Shown: one piece after another, positions 1-15,919 of the stretch
Layout: each line of letters starts with the position of its first letter
Numbering within the stretch: the stretch's first letter is position 1
Source: the human T2T-CHM13v2.0 reference genome, Homo sapiens
Direction: 5' to 3' (one strand)
Assembly (NCBI RefSeq): GCF_009914755.1
Contig: NC_060938.1
Length of the DNA: 64,000 nt
The notes under the pieces: model-generated
What the model saw: the letters and a program-made list of their open reading frames with translations, nothing else
Told to the model about the DNA's origin: nothing
Database searches by the model: none
Position numbers and translations under genes: made by a program

Positions 1-1119
1 GCATGTATTCTTAGTTGCCAAAAGCGGCTCCACAGAGCAGCATGCTTTGCAATTTGAAGGTTAAATTCCTTTCAAAGAGACTTGTTGGAGCTGCTCTTCT
101 CACTCCTATTAACTAGTGGAACTGTCTGACCTTTATAAGTGCAAGTCAATATTCACACTGTCAGAGGAGTATCAGTGGGAGTAATCTTTTCAGTCCTGGA
201 GAGAAACAGTTTGCCACAGGCAGATCATGACTAGAGAAGGGGAGTGGTGAACAGTGACATAAAACACTTTTAAGTTAATTCAAACAATGTCTTTGACACA
301 GCCAGGAATTTTATCCAATTTTAGTTATAACAGTGCCTACTGGTCCCTCTAAACTGCAAAGATGTCATTTTGATATAATAAAGAGATAGAATTTAAAATG
401 AAGCCTGTTAAGTTGACTCATTCCTTTTTTTCCTACCTGGGTTTTCCCCCAAATATATGCATTTCTGAAGGGCACTCAGAAATGAACATTATTATTTTTA
501 ATGGTTGCCAGTAATTCTCTTCTCCCTCCATGAAAAATCTGATACCGTGATGGAATTTTAATAATCTTGGGAGAGGGAATTCTAATTTTTTGCCTTTTGC
601 ACCACAAGTTGCTATAGGGTTTAAGTCCACAATATTTCTTTCAAGAAAGTTATTTTCCAAGGTGATGCTCACAAAAGAAAGATAAGGAAGGGGACACTAT
701 AATGTTGGTTTACATTCTGATTGGCTTTCTCTTGAATAATAAAGCATTATAATTGCATTTGCGATTACCTATATTATAGGTCTTATTTTAATTAAAAAAT
801 CTATTAGTAGGCTTATTTTGAAGATTGAGTGAACTGTTTGATTACTATTTCTATCAATAGGTAGAATATATTTTTAAAACAAAAGAAATCTTGAGTGTTA
901 CTTAACATGTTTTTGGTAGTGGCATTAGTGCAGTAAGTTTGAAACTAGTTTGATCATGTATAATAGAATTGAGCAAAAGATTTAATATGTTGATTTTGTT
1001 GGGAATTAGGTTTCTCACCATGAAAAAACAAAGACTTGAAAAACTTAAAGGAGCTCTCTTTGGACAAATTTAGGACACACTAAGTGTCAAAATAAACAAT
1101 AATAGAAATACATTAAAGA

Positions 1120-1193
1120 AATAGCATCATTATTCACAATAGCCAATTTATGGATACAACTTAGTGTTCATTGATGCATGAATTGATAAAGAA

Positions 1194-1241
<48 letters not shown>

Positions 1242-1747
1242 TATTCAGCCTTATAAAACAAGGAAAGTCTGCCCTTTGCGGCAGGTAGATGAAATTGAAG
1301 GACATATGCTTTGAGAAATAAGCCAGACACAGAAAGACAAATATTGCATGAGATCACCTTTATGTGGAATCTAAAATAATCAAACAGAGTGAAACAGAGA
1401 GTAGAATGGTTGTGGCCAGAGTCTGGGAGGTGTCAGGGAAATGGGGAGATATTGGCCAAAGTGGGAAGATGTTGATCAAAGAGTACAAAATTTAAGCTGT
1501 AAGTTCTAGAGATCTAACGTATAATGACTATAACTTATAATAATATATTTTAGACTTGAAATTTGCTTAAGGAGTAGATCTTAAGGGTTTCCACTATACA
1601 CGAAAAAAGTAACCATATTAGGTAATGCATATACTATTGTGAAAATCATTTTATACAAGGTACACTTATATAAAAATACCATGTTGCACATGTTAAATCT
1701 GCACAATCTCTTATTTGTTGATCATACATAAATAAAGCTGGAAAAAT
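1120..1747 (+). mobile_element. Old LINE-1 3' end (L1MA-type), interrupted by a (TG)n tract
   Basis: L1 3' motifs TTATTCACAATAGCCAA, AAATAAGCCAGACACAGAAAGACAAATATTGCATG and a terminal AATAAAGCTGGAAAAA. Confidence 0.8.
1195..1239. repeat. (TG)n microsatellite
   Basis: About 22 perfect TG units seen directly. Confidence 0.97.
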
Positions 1748-1752
1748 ATATT

Positions 1753-2112
1753 TATCTCAGTCCATTTGGGATGCTATTACAAAATACCTTGGACTGGGTA
1801 ATTTATAAATATCAGAAATTTTTTGCTCATAGTTTGGAAGCTGGGAAGTCTAAGATTAAGGTGCCAGCAGATTCAGTATCTGGTGAGAGCTCTGCCTAAA
1901 ATATGATGCCTGTTGCTAGCCTCATATGGCAGAATGGGCAAACAGGCTGTCTTCCTTCAAGACTCTTTAGTGAGGGCATTGATCCCATTTATGTAGTCAG
2001 AGCCCTCACGATCAAATCACTTCCTAAAGACTCTACCTCTGAATACAACCACATTGAGTATTAGGTTACAAGGTATGAATTTTGGGGGAACACAAAAATT
2101 CAGAACATATCA
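1753..2112 (-). mobile_element. MaLR solo LTR (MLT1A/MSTD-like)
   Basis: Reverse-complement MaLR ends (AGTCCATTTGGGATGCTATTACAAAATACC; TTTGGGGGAACACAAAAATTCAGAACATATCA) and internal GCTGGGAAGTCTAAGATTAAGGTGCCAGCAGATT. Confidence 0.8.
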
Positions 2113-2148
2113 ATATTGAATTAAAGATCAATCAATGAAGGCATACTA

Positions 2149-3560
<1,412 letters not shown>

Positions 3561-4602
3561 TTTGTTTACTATGTTCTCTATTCCCTATGAAAGAATAAAA
3601 TAATTTTATCAATTTTGTCATATAATCTGTGGATTACTTGCATTAAGATAGTTAACAACAAATTCCCAATAATGCAATCATTTACATAGACAATTAAAAT
3701 AATCATAGAAATTTAGAGGTGCAAGGGTTTTGAGAGTTAGAAGACATAGAATCATCAATTCTCACTCTTTACATTAGTCTTTTGATCATTCTTTGTCTTT
3801 CCTGCATTGTAAATCTCTATCCATTTCTTTTCAATCAGGGTTCAATAAGCTCTAGTTTCCCTTAACATAAAAATCAAAAATAAACTCCTTTCCTCAACTT
3901 AAAGCCTGTCTGCTTATCCTGCTCTCCTCTGTCCAACTAAACCTCTGTTCACTCTCCTCAGCTGATTCTTCTTCTACACATGGCACCTACCACTCCAGGG
4001 AATCAACTCTTGTCAAGGACACTGATGTCCCCATTGCTGATCCTATAGGTACCTTCCAGTCCTCTTCCTTTTCTTGTGTACCCCCTAAGGCTTATTTAAT
4101 AAGGTTAACCACTTCTTTCTTCAGGAGGGGGGAAAAAAGAGAGGGAACAAATAAAACAACTTCACTTAGCTTTCACAATTCTCTCATTATTTTCTTTCTG
4201 CTTATTTTAGATATTTTCTTATCAGTGTTCTTATCAGATTCTATTGCTTCCTGGTTCTTCAAATGGTTGGGTTTGTCAGATGTCTGTCCTAGCTGTCTTT
4301 TCTTCTCCTAAGGTCCATGGGAACTTTTATGTGACTTATATTTTCAAAAATCATCTATATGCTGGTGCCCACGAAATCTTGTCAAAATAAATATCTGTAC
4401 TAATTATTCCAGTTTACTATAATGCACCTTCTTTTGATATCTTGCAAAGATTTGAAATTAAACACATCTGGCATTTTATACTTTCATTAATGTTTCCTAT
4501 GTTAATGGAAATATTTTAATTAAAAATATTTATAAAGCACCTAGTATAGTTCAGCTATTTTCCAAGGAACTAGGAGTACATCAGTCAACAAGGAGATAGA
4601 TT

Positions 4603-5138
4603 TTGTGTTTGTTTAAGTTCACACTTTTTATTAACTCATACACAATTACTTGTCTTCTGGTTTGCTGAAGCAGTAAGTCAGGCCACATTTGCCACAATAA
4701 TGTCTATTAAAGTGAATGGCCATGAAAACTTCAGTACTGCATTCATCTGAAGGGCATTGAAGGTGATTAATTTTGCCATTCTTATCTACCTTATACTATT
4801 TCAGGAGAGCCAGCCTAACCTTTCTCTTATGCTTATTCTACTTGGAAGTGGTACAAGGCTTCTTCCTTTTCTCGGCACCACCAGGAAGTCTCAGCACAAG
4901 ATGAAGAGCGGACTTATTTTTAATGTCCTAGTCAAAGTGCCCCCATCTTCCAGTTGCTTACCAGTAAAGATCGGTCTTGGCTGATCAGGAGGAATTCCTT
5001 CCTCATGCTAGATCTTGGCCTTTACATTTTCTATTGTATTGGAGGGTTCAACCTTACAGGTCTTCCCTGTAAGGATTTTTATGAAAATTTTACATTTTGG
5101 TGGCAGTTGCACTGTAGATGGCAAATCAAAAAAGGAAG
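4603..5138 (-). pseudogene. RPS27A: Processed pseudogene of RPS27A (ubiquitin-40S ribosomal protein S27a fusion)
   Basis: Minus strand reads CTTCCTTTTTT (5' TOP)...GCCACCAAAATG (ATG at 5095), ubiquitin remnants ([37 protein letters not shown]) and S27a remnants ([27 protein letters not shown], stop at 4646-4648). No introns; AATAAA at 4627-4632; near-identical TSD at 4587-4602 and 5139-5155; codon 2 is TAA and there are indels. Confidence 0.96.
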
Positions 5139-5794
5139 AACAAAAGAGATAGATTCTTAACATGACAAATCTCACATTAAGTCATACAAGCCGGAAACCT
5201 GAATCACATGCTTAACGTATTCCTCTTCTTTACCACCCCATTAAATCAGCATATGCCCTGAATTCACTTTTTATTTGCTCATTTCTCTCCAAGAATAAAA
5301 CATTCGTATTCTTTTTTGTCCATAATATTAGGTAATCACCAGAATAACTTTTAAACTCATGCCAATAAATTTGAATCCATGCCAATTGATCAATTACAAC
5401 TTCATATTAGTAACTATGCTTCTGAAAGCCAGTCAATTAGTAGCAGCCAATTACCAATAGCCATGCTCCACACACCCTCACTTTTGGAAGTCTGCCAATT
5501 CCTGAGCATTTAATATTATTTCCTTTGTTTCACTTTGCTTCTGTATAAAATCAGCAATTTGTTTGGTTCAGAGATACTATATCCCTACATGCACAGCTCT
5601 CCCTTCAATAGTAGGAAGAAATTCAGTTTTTTAAAAAATATATTAAATGTTGGCTTTTTCTTTACACATTTCTATTCTCATTATTATTACTTTAAAGCAT
5701 ATCCACCTGAGTTATTGCAACAGTCTCTTCATTGGTCTACGGGCACAATCATTTTCTCTTTAATCCATTCTTCAAATCTCAAACAATTCACAAT

Positions 5795-8530
5795 ATGAGA
5801 TCAGTATTACCCTGATAATAAAGTCAGACAGAAGCATCATAAGAAAATAAAATTACAAACCAATATCCCTTATGAATGTACCTATAGAAGTCCTCAACAA
5901 AATATAAGCAAACTGAATCCAACAACATATAAAAATATCAGACAACATGACCAAATGGGGTATATCCCAGCAATGATGCACTCATTTTACATACGAAAAT
6001 GAGTCAATGTACTTCGTATTAATGAAATAAAGGAAAAAAAGTGGTCATCTCAATTGATGCACAAAAGGCATTTGACAAAATCCAATACTCATTCATGATT
6101 AAAAACACTTGATAATACTAGAAATAGAATACAATTTCCTCAATCTTATAAAGGTATTTATAAGTTAACATCATGTTTAATATGATAGAACAAATACATT
6201 CCCCCTAAGATCAGGAATGAGAAAAGGATCCCTACTCTTGACACTTACATTTAACGTTGTATTGGGGTTCTAGTGAGGACAATCAGTTAAGAAGAAATAA
6301 ACAGAATGAAAATTGTGATGAAAAAGTAAAACTATTACTATTTTTGCGTCATGAATGGCATGATCTGTATGGTCGTCCCTCTGTATCCCTGGGGGACTGG
6401 TTCTAAGAACACTGTGGATACCAAAATTGGCACATGCTCAAGTGCATTATATAAAATAACATAGTATTTGCATATGATCTACATCCTCCTTCATAACTTT
6501 AAATCATCTCTAGATTACTTAAAATACCAAATATTATGTAAATATTATGTAAAGAGTTATGCTATATTTTAATTGGTATTTTATTGTATCTTTTTTCGGA
6601 AAAAAAAAAATCCATGAAGGTAGAAGCTGTGAATACAGAGGGATGACTATACATGGAAAATCCAGAGTAATCCACAAAAACAAACAAAAATCTTTTAGAA
6701 CTAATAAATTAGCTGTCAAGGTTCCAAGATATAAGATCAATATAGAAAATTCATTGTATTTCTAGACACTGGCAATGAGCAGTCGAGAAATAATATTAAT
6801 AAAACAATTCCATTTACAATAACATCCAAACAATAACAAGGAATATATTTAACAACAGAAGTGTAATACCTGTACAATCAAAACCATAAAACATTATTGA
6901 AATAATTTAATGAAAACCTAAGTAAATGGGAATATATCATAAGGTCATAAATTGGGGGATTTATTGTCATTCAGATAGCAATATACCCTACATTGATTTA
7001 CAAATTTATTGCAGTCCTTATAAAACCCCAATTATTTGCTATTACAGAAATTGACATGCTAATACTATAACCAAATCCATCTTGAAAAAAAACAAAGTTG
7101 GAAGACTCACATTTTCTGATTTCAAAACTTACTGCAAAGCTACAGTGATCAAAACAGTGTGGTACAAACATAAGGATAGATATATAGAACAATAAAATCT
7201 AATTGAGATCCCCCAATAAACCCATACATTGTGGCCAATTGATTTTTAACAAGGGTTCTATGACAATTTAATGGGGGAAATCATGGGCTCTTCAACAAAT
7301 GATATTGGAACAATTGGATATCCACATGCCAAATAATGAAGTTATACCTGTTTACCTCATTCTGTATACAAAACTAAATTCAAATGAATAAATGGTGTAC
7401 ATTTAAGACTTTAAACTATAAAACTCTTAGAAGAAAACATATGGTAAAATCTTTGTGACCTTCGATATAGTTTCTTACAGGTTGATAACAAAAGAATAAC
7501 AAAAGAATAAGTGATAAAAAATATGAATACATTGGGCTTTATAAAAATTAAAAAGTTGTGTTTGTCAAAGGACACAATCAAGAAAATGAAAACACATGAC
7601 AGTTATATCCAGAATACATGAATAAATCTTATGTTTCAACAATAAAAGCACAAATTATCCCAATTAAAACACACAAAAGGACTTGACATTTTTCCATAGA
7701 GAATATAGAAATATCCAACAAACCCATAAAAGACGTTCAACTCCATTTATCACATGGGAAATTCATGTCAAAACCATGATGAGAAACCACTTCCCACCCA
7801 TTAGAATGCGTAAAATTTTAGAAAAGATAGACCATAACAAAGAATATCGCGCCTGTGGAGGAAATAATATCCCTCATACACTGTTGATGGGAATAGAAAA
7901 TGGTATAGTCACTTTGAAAAAAGTTTGTAAGTTCCTCAAAATGTTAAACCTAGAGTTACCATATAACCCGGCAAGTACACTCATAGTTATGTAACCAAGT
8001 GAAATGAAAACAGGTATCTGTACAAAATCTTGTCCAAGAATGTTTATAATGGCATTATTCAAAATAGCCAAAAAGTGGAAACAACACAAATGTCCATCAG
8101 CTGATGAATGGATAAACAAATGTCTATGGTCATACAATGGAGTAGTATTCAATTATAAAATCCAATGAAGTACTGATACATGCTACAACATGGGTGAGCT
8201 TTGAAAACATTATTCTAAATTAAATAATCCTGTCATGACAAACCACATATTATATGATCCCACATATCATGATATGTGATATGACATATCCCAAAAAGGC
8301 AAATACATAAAGACAAATAGATTAGCTGGTTTTCCGGGTGGGAGAGAGGAAGGAATAAACAGTGAGTGCTACAAGGAATGAGGTTTCTTTTAGGATGATA
8401 AAAATATTCTGAAATTAGATAGTGATGATGGGTAAACAAATCTGTGAATCTCCTAAAAACCACTAGATTATATATTTAAAGGATGAATTTTATGGTATGC
8501 AATTTATTTCTCAGTAATTATTATAAAAAT
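5795..8530 (+). mobile_element. Old 5'-truncated LINE-1 (L1MB-type): degraded ORF2 reverse-transcriptase/C-terminal region plus 3' UTR
   Basis: Remnants of ORF2 motifs ([38 protein letters not shown]); L1MB-like 3' end GAGGTTTCTTTTAGGATGATAAAAATATTCTGAAATTAGATAGTG. Confidence 0.88.
6370..6649 (+). mobile_element. MER2 (TcMar-Tigger non-autonomous DNA transposon) nested in the L1M
   Basis: Terminal inverted repeats (TIRs) GTCGTCCCTCTGTATCC / GAATACAGAGGGATGAC; TA flanks at 6368-6369 and 6650-6651; internal GATACCAAAAT...GCTCAAGT. Confidence 0.85.
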
Positions 8531-9869
8531 AAAAACTAACCCAGAGTAATATATCTAAAATGAAAACTAACCTCATTAATCTTACCTTGTTTAAGATTTT
8601 TCAACAGCCTCCCCTTATCAGCTTCTGATAACCCCCACTACAACAATCCAAACTTCCCTCACTAAATGGTTTAATGAGGGACAACTGCTTACCCTGTCCC
8701 AAACTGAATCAGTCCACGAAATGTTTGTCTCTCTGTCTCTTTAACTTATTTCTTCCCTTCTCATTTGTCTAACAAATCTACTGATCTTTCAATGAGTTAC
8801 CTTAGAGTCTTTTTCCTACTCTTAGAAGCACACTTACCTGACACAAGGCAAAAAAGGGTAAAAATTAATCGTATAAGTTACTGAATGTTTGCTGAGGAAT
8901 TCTCTATATAAACTCATTTCCAAATCACTCTTAATGCCAAGAGAACACATAAACAATACAAGTAGTCAGGCTCACGTGGATAGCAAGAACAACCTAAGAT
9001 TGTATGTTGTCACACCATAACTCCCTGTCTCAAGTCAGCCTGGTCCTAGAGAAAGAAATAAATGTATGGAATGGCCACAGCTTAGAATAAAAGGAATAAA
9101 GAGTACAGTAATGAAGCTCCACAGAAGATTACGAAGGCCCTGCTCTTAGTAATGCCAGTGTTTAGCTTCCAATCCTTGTTTAGACTCAGACTGAATTCTG
9201 AAATCTTGAGCATCGTATCCAAACTCCCTGAGATCAGGACATACAATCTTTATCTAATCTTAAATATTACTTCTACTTTTGTAATCCAAGAAAATATAGG
9301 TACTTTTCATTTTATTCTAGGATATCTTGTGCTTCTTGGCTCCTTTATATGTGCTTGCTCTGCTCTTTCTGTCTAGTTGACCCTTTAATTGATATTACTT
9401 GCTCACATTTTTCATTTTTTCTTCAGTCTGACATCTTACATCCTGCCTAAAAACATGACCAAATTGTTTTTGTCCTAAAATAAATATACATTGACTGCTG
9501 GTCTTTCTCTAAACCATTTTCCTACATTTATTCATGCAAAACATTATCTTATAGCATTATTGCCAGGAAGACAGTTGACTAGACATTCTAGAAAACAATT
9601 TTTCCCACTGTAGACATCCTAAAAAATGCTAAGGAAAATATAACCACAACTTTTGTGTTCTCAAGAAAATAAGATAATTCTACAGGTGGTGAGAGTGACG
9701 AAATAGAATACAATTTTGTTATGAGGATCCTGAAACCACAGGTGTCTTGAGGCTGTTTACAGATCTTATTAACCTTGAATCTTAGGAAAATAAAATCTTT
9801 CCTGAGATTTCACATGTGCGGGTCATTCTTTCTCTACTGGCAATTGAAATTTATTATTTATATTACTGA

Positions 9870-11704
<1,835 letters not shown>

Positions 11705-11928
11705 GAGCAGAGAGACATTGAATAATGGGGAAAAGGAGCCCCAAAGCCTGATTAATGATGATGTATGTGATGTTTACCCAAAATAAAAAGTCCAAGGTGA
11801 ACTTACCACAAATGAATAATAAACACGAAGACAATCACCTTGCCTACAAAACAATAATCCTGAGTACATAAATAATAAAACAGCTTTTGGATATTTCAAC
11901 TAAAAAAAAAAAAGAAAAAAAGAAAAAA
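11705..11928 (+). other. L1 3'-transduced non-L1 sequence with a second poly(A) tail
   Basis: Lies between the L1 end and the right TSD copy (11929-11944); AATAAA at 11874-11879; A-tail begins at 11902. Confidence 0.88.
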
Positions 11929-11986
11929 AGAAAATTTCCAAAAGGAGAAATAGACAAGCCACCACGATTAAGAATTAACACAAAGA

Positions 11987-12313
<327 letters not shown>

Positions 12314-12889
12314 TTATCCACAAACTTCAAATTTAAAAATTGGGAAAGAGAATATAGGCTAAGCATGTTCTAAAGATCTAACTAAATAAAATAGTTGAAG
12401 AGATAAATTAAGATGTTTTGAAAACATATCTAATATGCAGAATTATTAAAGCAGATTCATGTAATTTCTGACTAAGCAAATCTGCCAAAAAGTTGGTTTA
12501 TACTAAATTATTTATTGAATGATTGCTAGTAATTGAATGATATTATAAACATATAAATATCAGTAATTAGAGGGCTAAACAGATAAATTAAAGTGTATCC
12601 ACAAAATAGATTACTATGCATCTGAACCTTGTGCTATGCATCAGAAAGCTTCTTATGTACTGATTGGACACTATAGTCATATATTATTAAGTGCAGAAAC
12701 AAGTGGAAGGGTAGTGTCTATTGTATGCTACCATTTGTGATAAACGAAAGGGTGAGGACACATATTTTAATTGCTTTATAGGTACAAAAAGGTCTCTGGT
12801 ATATAGTATTAACAAAAAGTTATTATTAATAGTGGGCAATGGGAAGTGGATGAATGAAGTTCAGAAGAGAGTTTTCGTAATATATTTTT

Positions 12890-13375
12890 GTATGGTTCAA
12901 GGTCATGTCAGGAAAGATGTCAATCATGGTTTAACTGAAGATATACTTTTAACTAAGAGATTTTGGCCAAGTATCAGTAAAGTTGAATAAATTAACAAGG
13001 AATGTTGAGGAATCTGGAGATTAGTAACAGTGGAAAGCCATTATCATCCCTGCTATTGATGGAAAAATGGAGGACATAATTTTGTAGGGACTCAGTGAGA
13101 GCTGCTGGAAGAAAGGATGACCTGATCAGATCTGTGATTGTAGTGGGGCAGCAACTGAATCCCAAAGCCAAAGTAGAGAGAAGAAGGGAAACAACATTCA
13201 CATCTCTGTTCCCTTTAGCCCTCCAATTGTCTGGTGCCTTTCACTGGACAAACTCAATCAGAAGTCAGATAACAAGGAAACCTGGTAATGTAGACCATAA
13301 GGGTATGCCCTGGAGCACAGAGCAGAAGAGAGAAAAAAATATATGGAGAAATGGATGACAGATGGTAATACACAG
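12890..13375 (-). mobile_element. Old MaLR LTR (MLT1M/N-like)
   Basis: GGTGCCTTTCACTGGACAAACTCAATCAGAAGTCAGATAACAAGGAAACCTGGTAATGTAG resembles old MLT1 LTRs; diverged. Confidence 0.5.
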
Positions 13376-13499
13376 CAAAACCCCTTTTATAATGTTTTTG
13401 ATGTTCAAATTATGTGACTTATTTACTACTTAACAACAATACATTTTATATAGAAGTACACATAGAAGAAATTATGATCTGGGAGTATTATCTTTTTAA

Positions 13500-14460
13500 G
13501 TAAAGTATTGATAAATGCAATACCATCAAAATTTAAAACTTTTGTTCATCGTAAAACACCATCACCAAGTTAAAAACAAAATCTTCATATTGAGAGGACA
13601 AATTTATAATGCACATAACTGACATCAGATTAGTAACAAGGATATACAATGATGGTCTTTTAATAACTGACTGAAAATTATAAACAACCCCAAACAAAAA
13701 TGAGCAAATATTTTAAAATGCAATTTAAGGAAAATGAAATGAAATTAATCAATAAGCAGATAAAAAGCATGCTCAAGCTTGCTATTAATTATGCAAATGC
13801 AAATTAATATCAGAATTAGACACCATGCTGCATACAGATTTTTTTTTACACAAGAAGTCTGATGACTTTATGTTAGCAAGACATTGGCACAAAAGCAATT
13901 CTTATGCATGGCCAGTGAATAACAGAACATTTGGAAAGCAATTTAGCAATATCTAGTTAAAAGTTGAAGATTTACGTTCCCTCTGAACCAGTAACTCCAT
14001 CCTGAAATACATCACCCTAGGGAAACTCTTACTCATTTGCACCTGAAGACATCTGCAAGATTGTTCACTGCAGCTTTGTTTGTAATGGCATAAATAATGG
14101 CAAATCACTTGAATATTTATTAATAGGACAGTGGAATTTTTTGCCATATTCATACAACAGAAGAATAGGCAGAGTGAAAACAGATGAATTAGAGCTGCAC
14201 TATCAAACTTAGTGTCATGCAAAAAGGACAAACTGCTGATGATATGATGTATATAAAGTTGAACTGTATGCAAAATAATATTATATATTGTTTTGATATA
14301 ATAGTAAGGGTAATGCCATATTTAGGATAGAGATTAAGGCATGGCAGATGAGTACACGAAAGATTTCACTGAAAAATATTCCTTTTTTCTTAAACTAAGA
14401 TGAGTATGATAATGTTGATTTTATCTCTATAAGTACTTAGGTATATCTGAAATATAACTA
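13500..14460 (+). mobile_element. Ancient L1M (L1ME-type) ORF2 end and 3' UTR
   Basis: AAATTTAAAACTTTTGTTCATC, ATGCAAATTAA, TTTGGAAAGCAATTTAGCAATATCTAGT and GTTCACTGCAGCTTTGTTTGTAATGGCA. Confidence 0.7.
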
Positions 14461-15683
14461 CTAGTAGATAATTTTATTATGCTTTGACATATATTGTCAG
14501 TTAACATCTGCAACTACTCTATGAATGTCATATTAGTCACAGCTATTATAGTAGCAATGACTGATAATAATATCAAATATAATGTAGATTAACAAAAAGA
14601 AAAAATCATCTCAACTAATAATGAAATACAGAGAGGATCGTAGAGCTAACAACATGTAAAAATATGTTTAAACCCAAATCTTTCTGATTATAGACTTTCT
14701 ATTGATTCTCAAATCCTGCATATAATTTCCAGCTCTACATTCCATTGACACCTCATGCCTGCCTTTCCATTTTCTTTACTGCCTCATATATTCTCTTTGC
14801 CATCTTCTGGGTCACTCAAGCATAAAACCTTTATATCATTTCTACTTTTTCTTGCTCTCCACATGCAGTAAGTAATTTTCATAATCCCCTAGCATTCATT
14901 GCCATCTTCCTTTTCCTGTTGGCATCACTTCTTGTAAGGCGTTGAAATCATATTTTAACTAGATCTTTTGTTTCCAGCCCCCTTCCTGCAGTAGCTTAAT
15001 TACCAAAGTAATCTTCCTAGAGCCTAAGTACAATCCTGTGAAGTTCCTGATCTAACATTTCTATTGCAAGTCCAATATATTTCCAATGCCTCTAAGGAAA
15101 ATTTATTTCAAGGCCCTGCCACAGTTCCTCAACTGCATCACCAATCCACTGTGATCTTCCATCTATGGTTTCAAATAAGTTCCTGCTTTGCTTCTTGATG
15201 GCCTTTCATTTCCATTTGTGAATGCTATTTTGCCCTGGTTAAATAATGTAATTGATTTGTAATTTATTGTAAAACAGTCTAATTTCTGTCTTCAAGTATC
15301 TGTGTATTAATATATTTTTGGTTTGTTGCCAGTCACATATTTTTAACATCTCTTGAGTCATGGAATACTTTTTCTACTTGTTTTAGCCACCTGATTATTT
15401 GAGGGTGATTCAACAATTGATTTTGGGTTTCATTACATGTAGTCAGCAATACTAGGTCCTTTATAAAACAGATATAATTACATTTTAATATTTTCTCCCA
15501 CTTACATATACGATTTCATACCTTTTTGTATCACAGGAGATTATAATTTTATTTATATGGGCTAATAGCATAAATGAAAGCAGATTTAGACAATTTAGGT
15601 GCACATTTTGACACACAGGTAATTCATTCAAGGCATGCACATTAGTTGCTAAAGCTCACCAGTTAGAAAGACTTTTTTCTATA

Positions 15684-15919
15684 CAGATTAAACATTCCAA
15701 ATCTGAAAAGCCAAAATCTAAAGTGCTCCAAAATTTGAAGCTTTTTGAGTATTGACTTGATGCTCACAGGGAATGCTCATTGGAACATTTTGGATTTGCG
15801 ATTTCAGATTTGGGCTGCTCAGCCTGTAAATATAATGAAAATATTCCAAAATCTGAAAAAAAATTGAAATTTGAAGCACTTCAGGTCTCAACGATTTTGA
15901 ATAAGGAATACTCAACCTG
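15684..15919 (+). mobile_element. Tigger4a/MER46A (TcMar-Tigger) MITE
   Basis: 236 bp; ends CAGATTAAACATTCC and GGAATACTCAACCTG; internal TGCTCCAAAATTTGAA and GAATGCTCATTGGAACATTTTGGATTT; preceded by TA. Confidence 0.88.

Noticed and set aside
5330-5640. Possible old LTR (CCAAT repeats, TATAAAA)
   Set aside because: It looks LTR-like, but I could not define ends, a TSD or a family, so it is not called.
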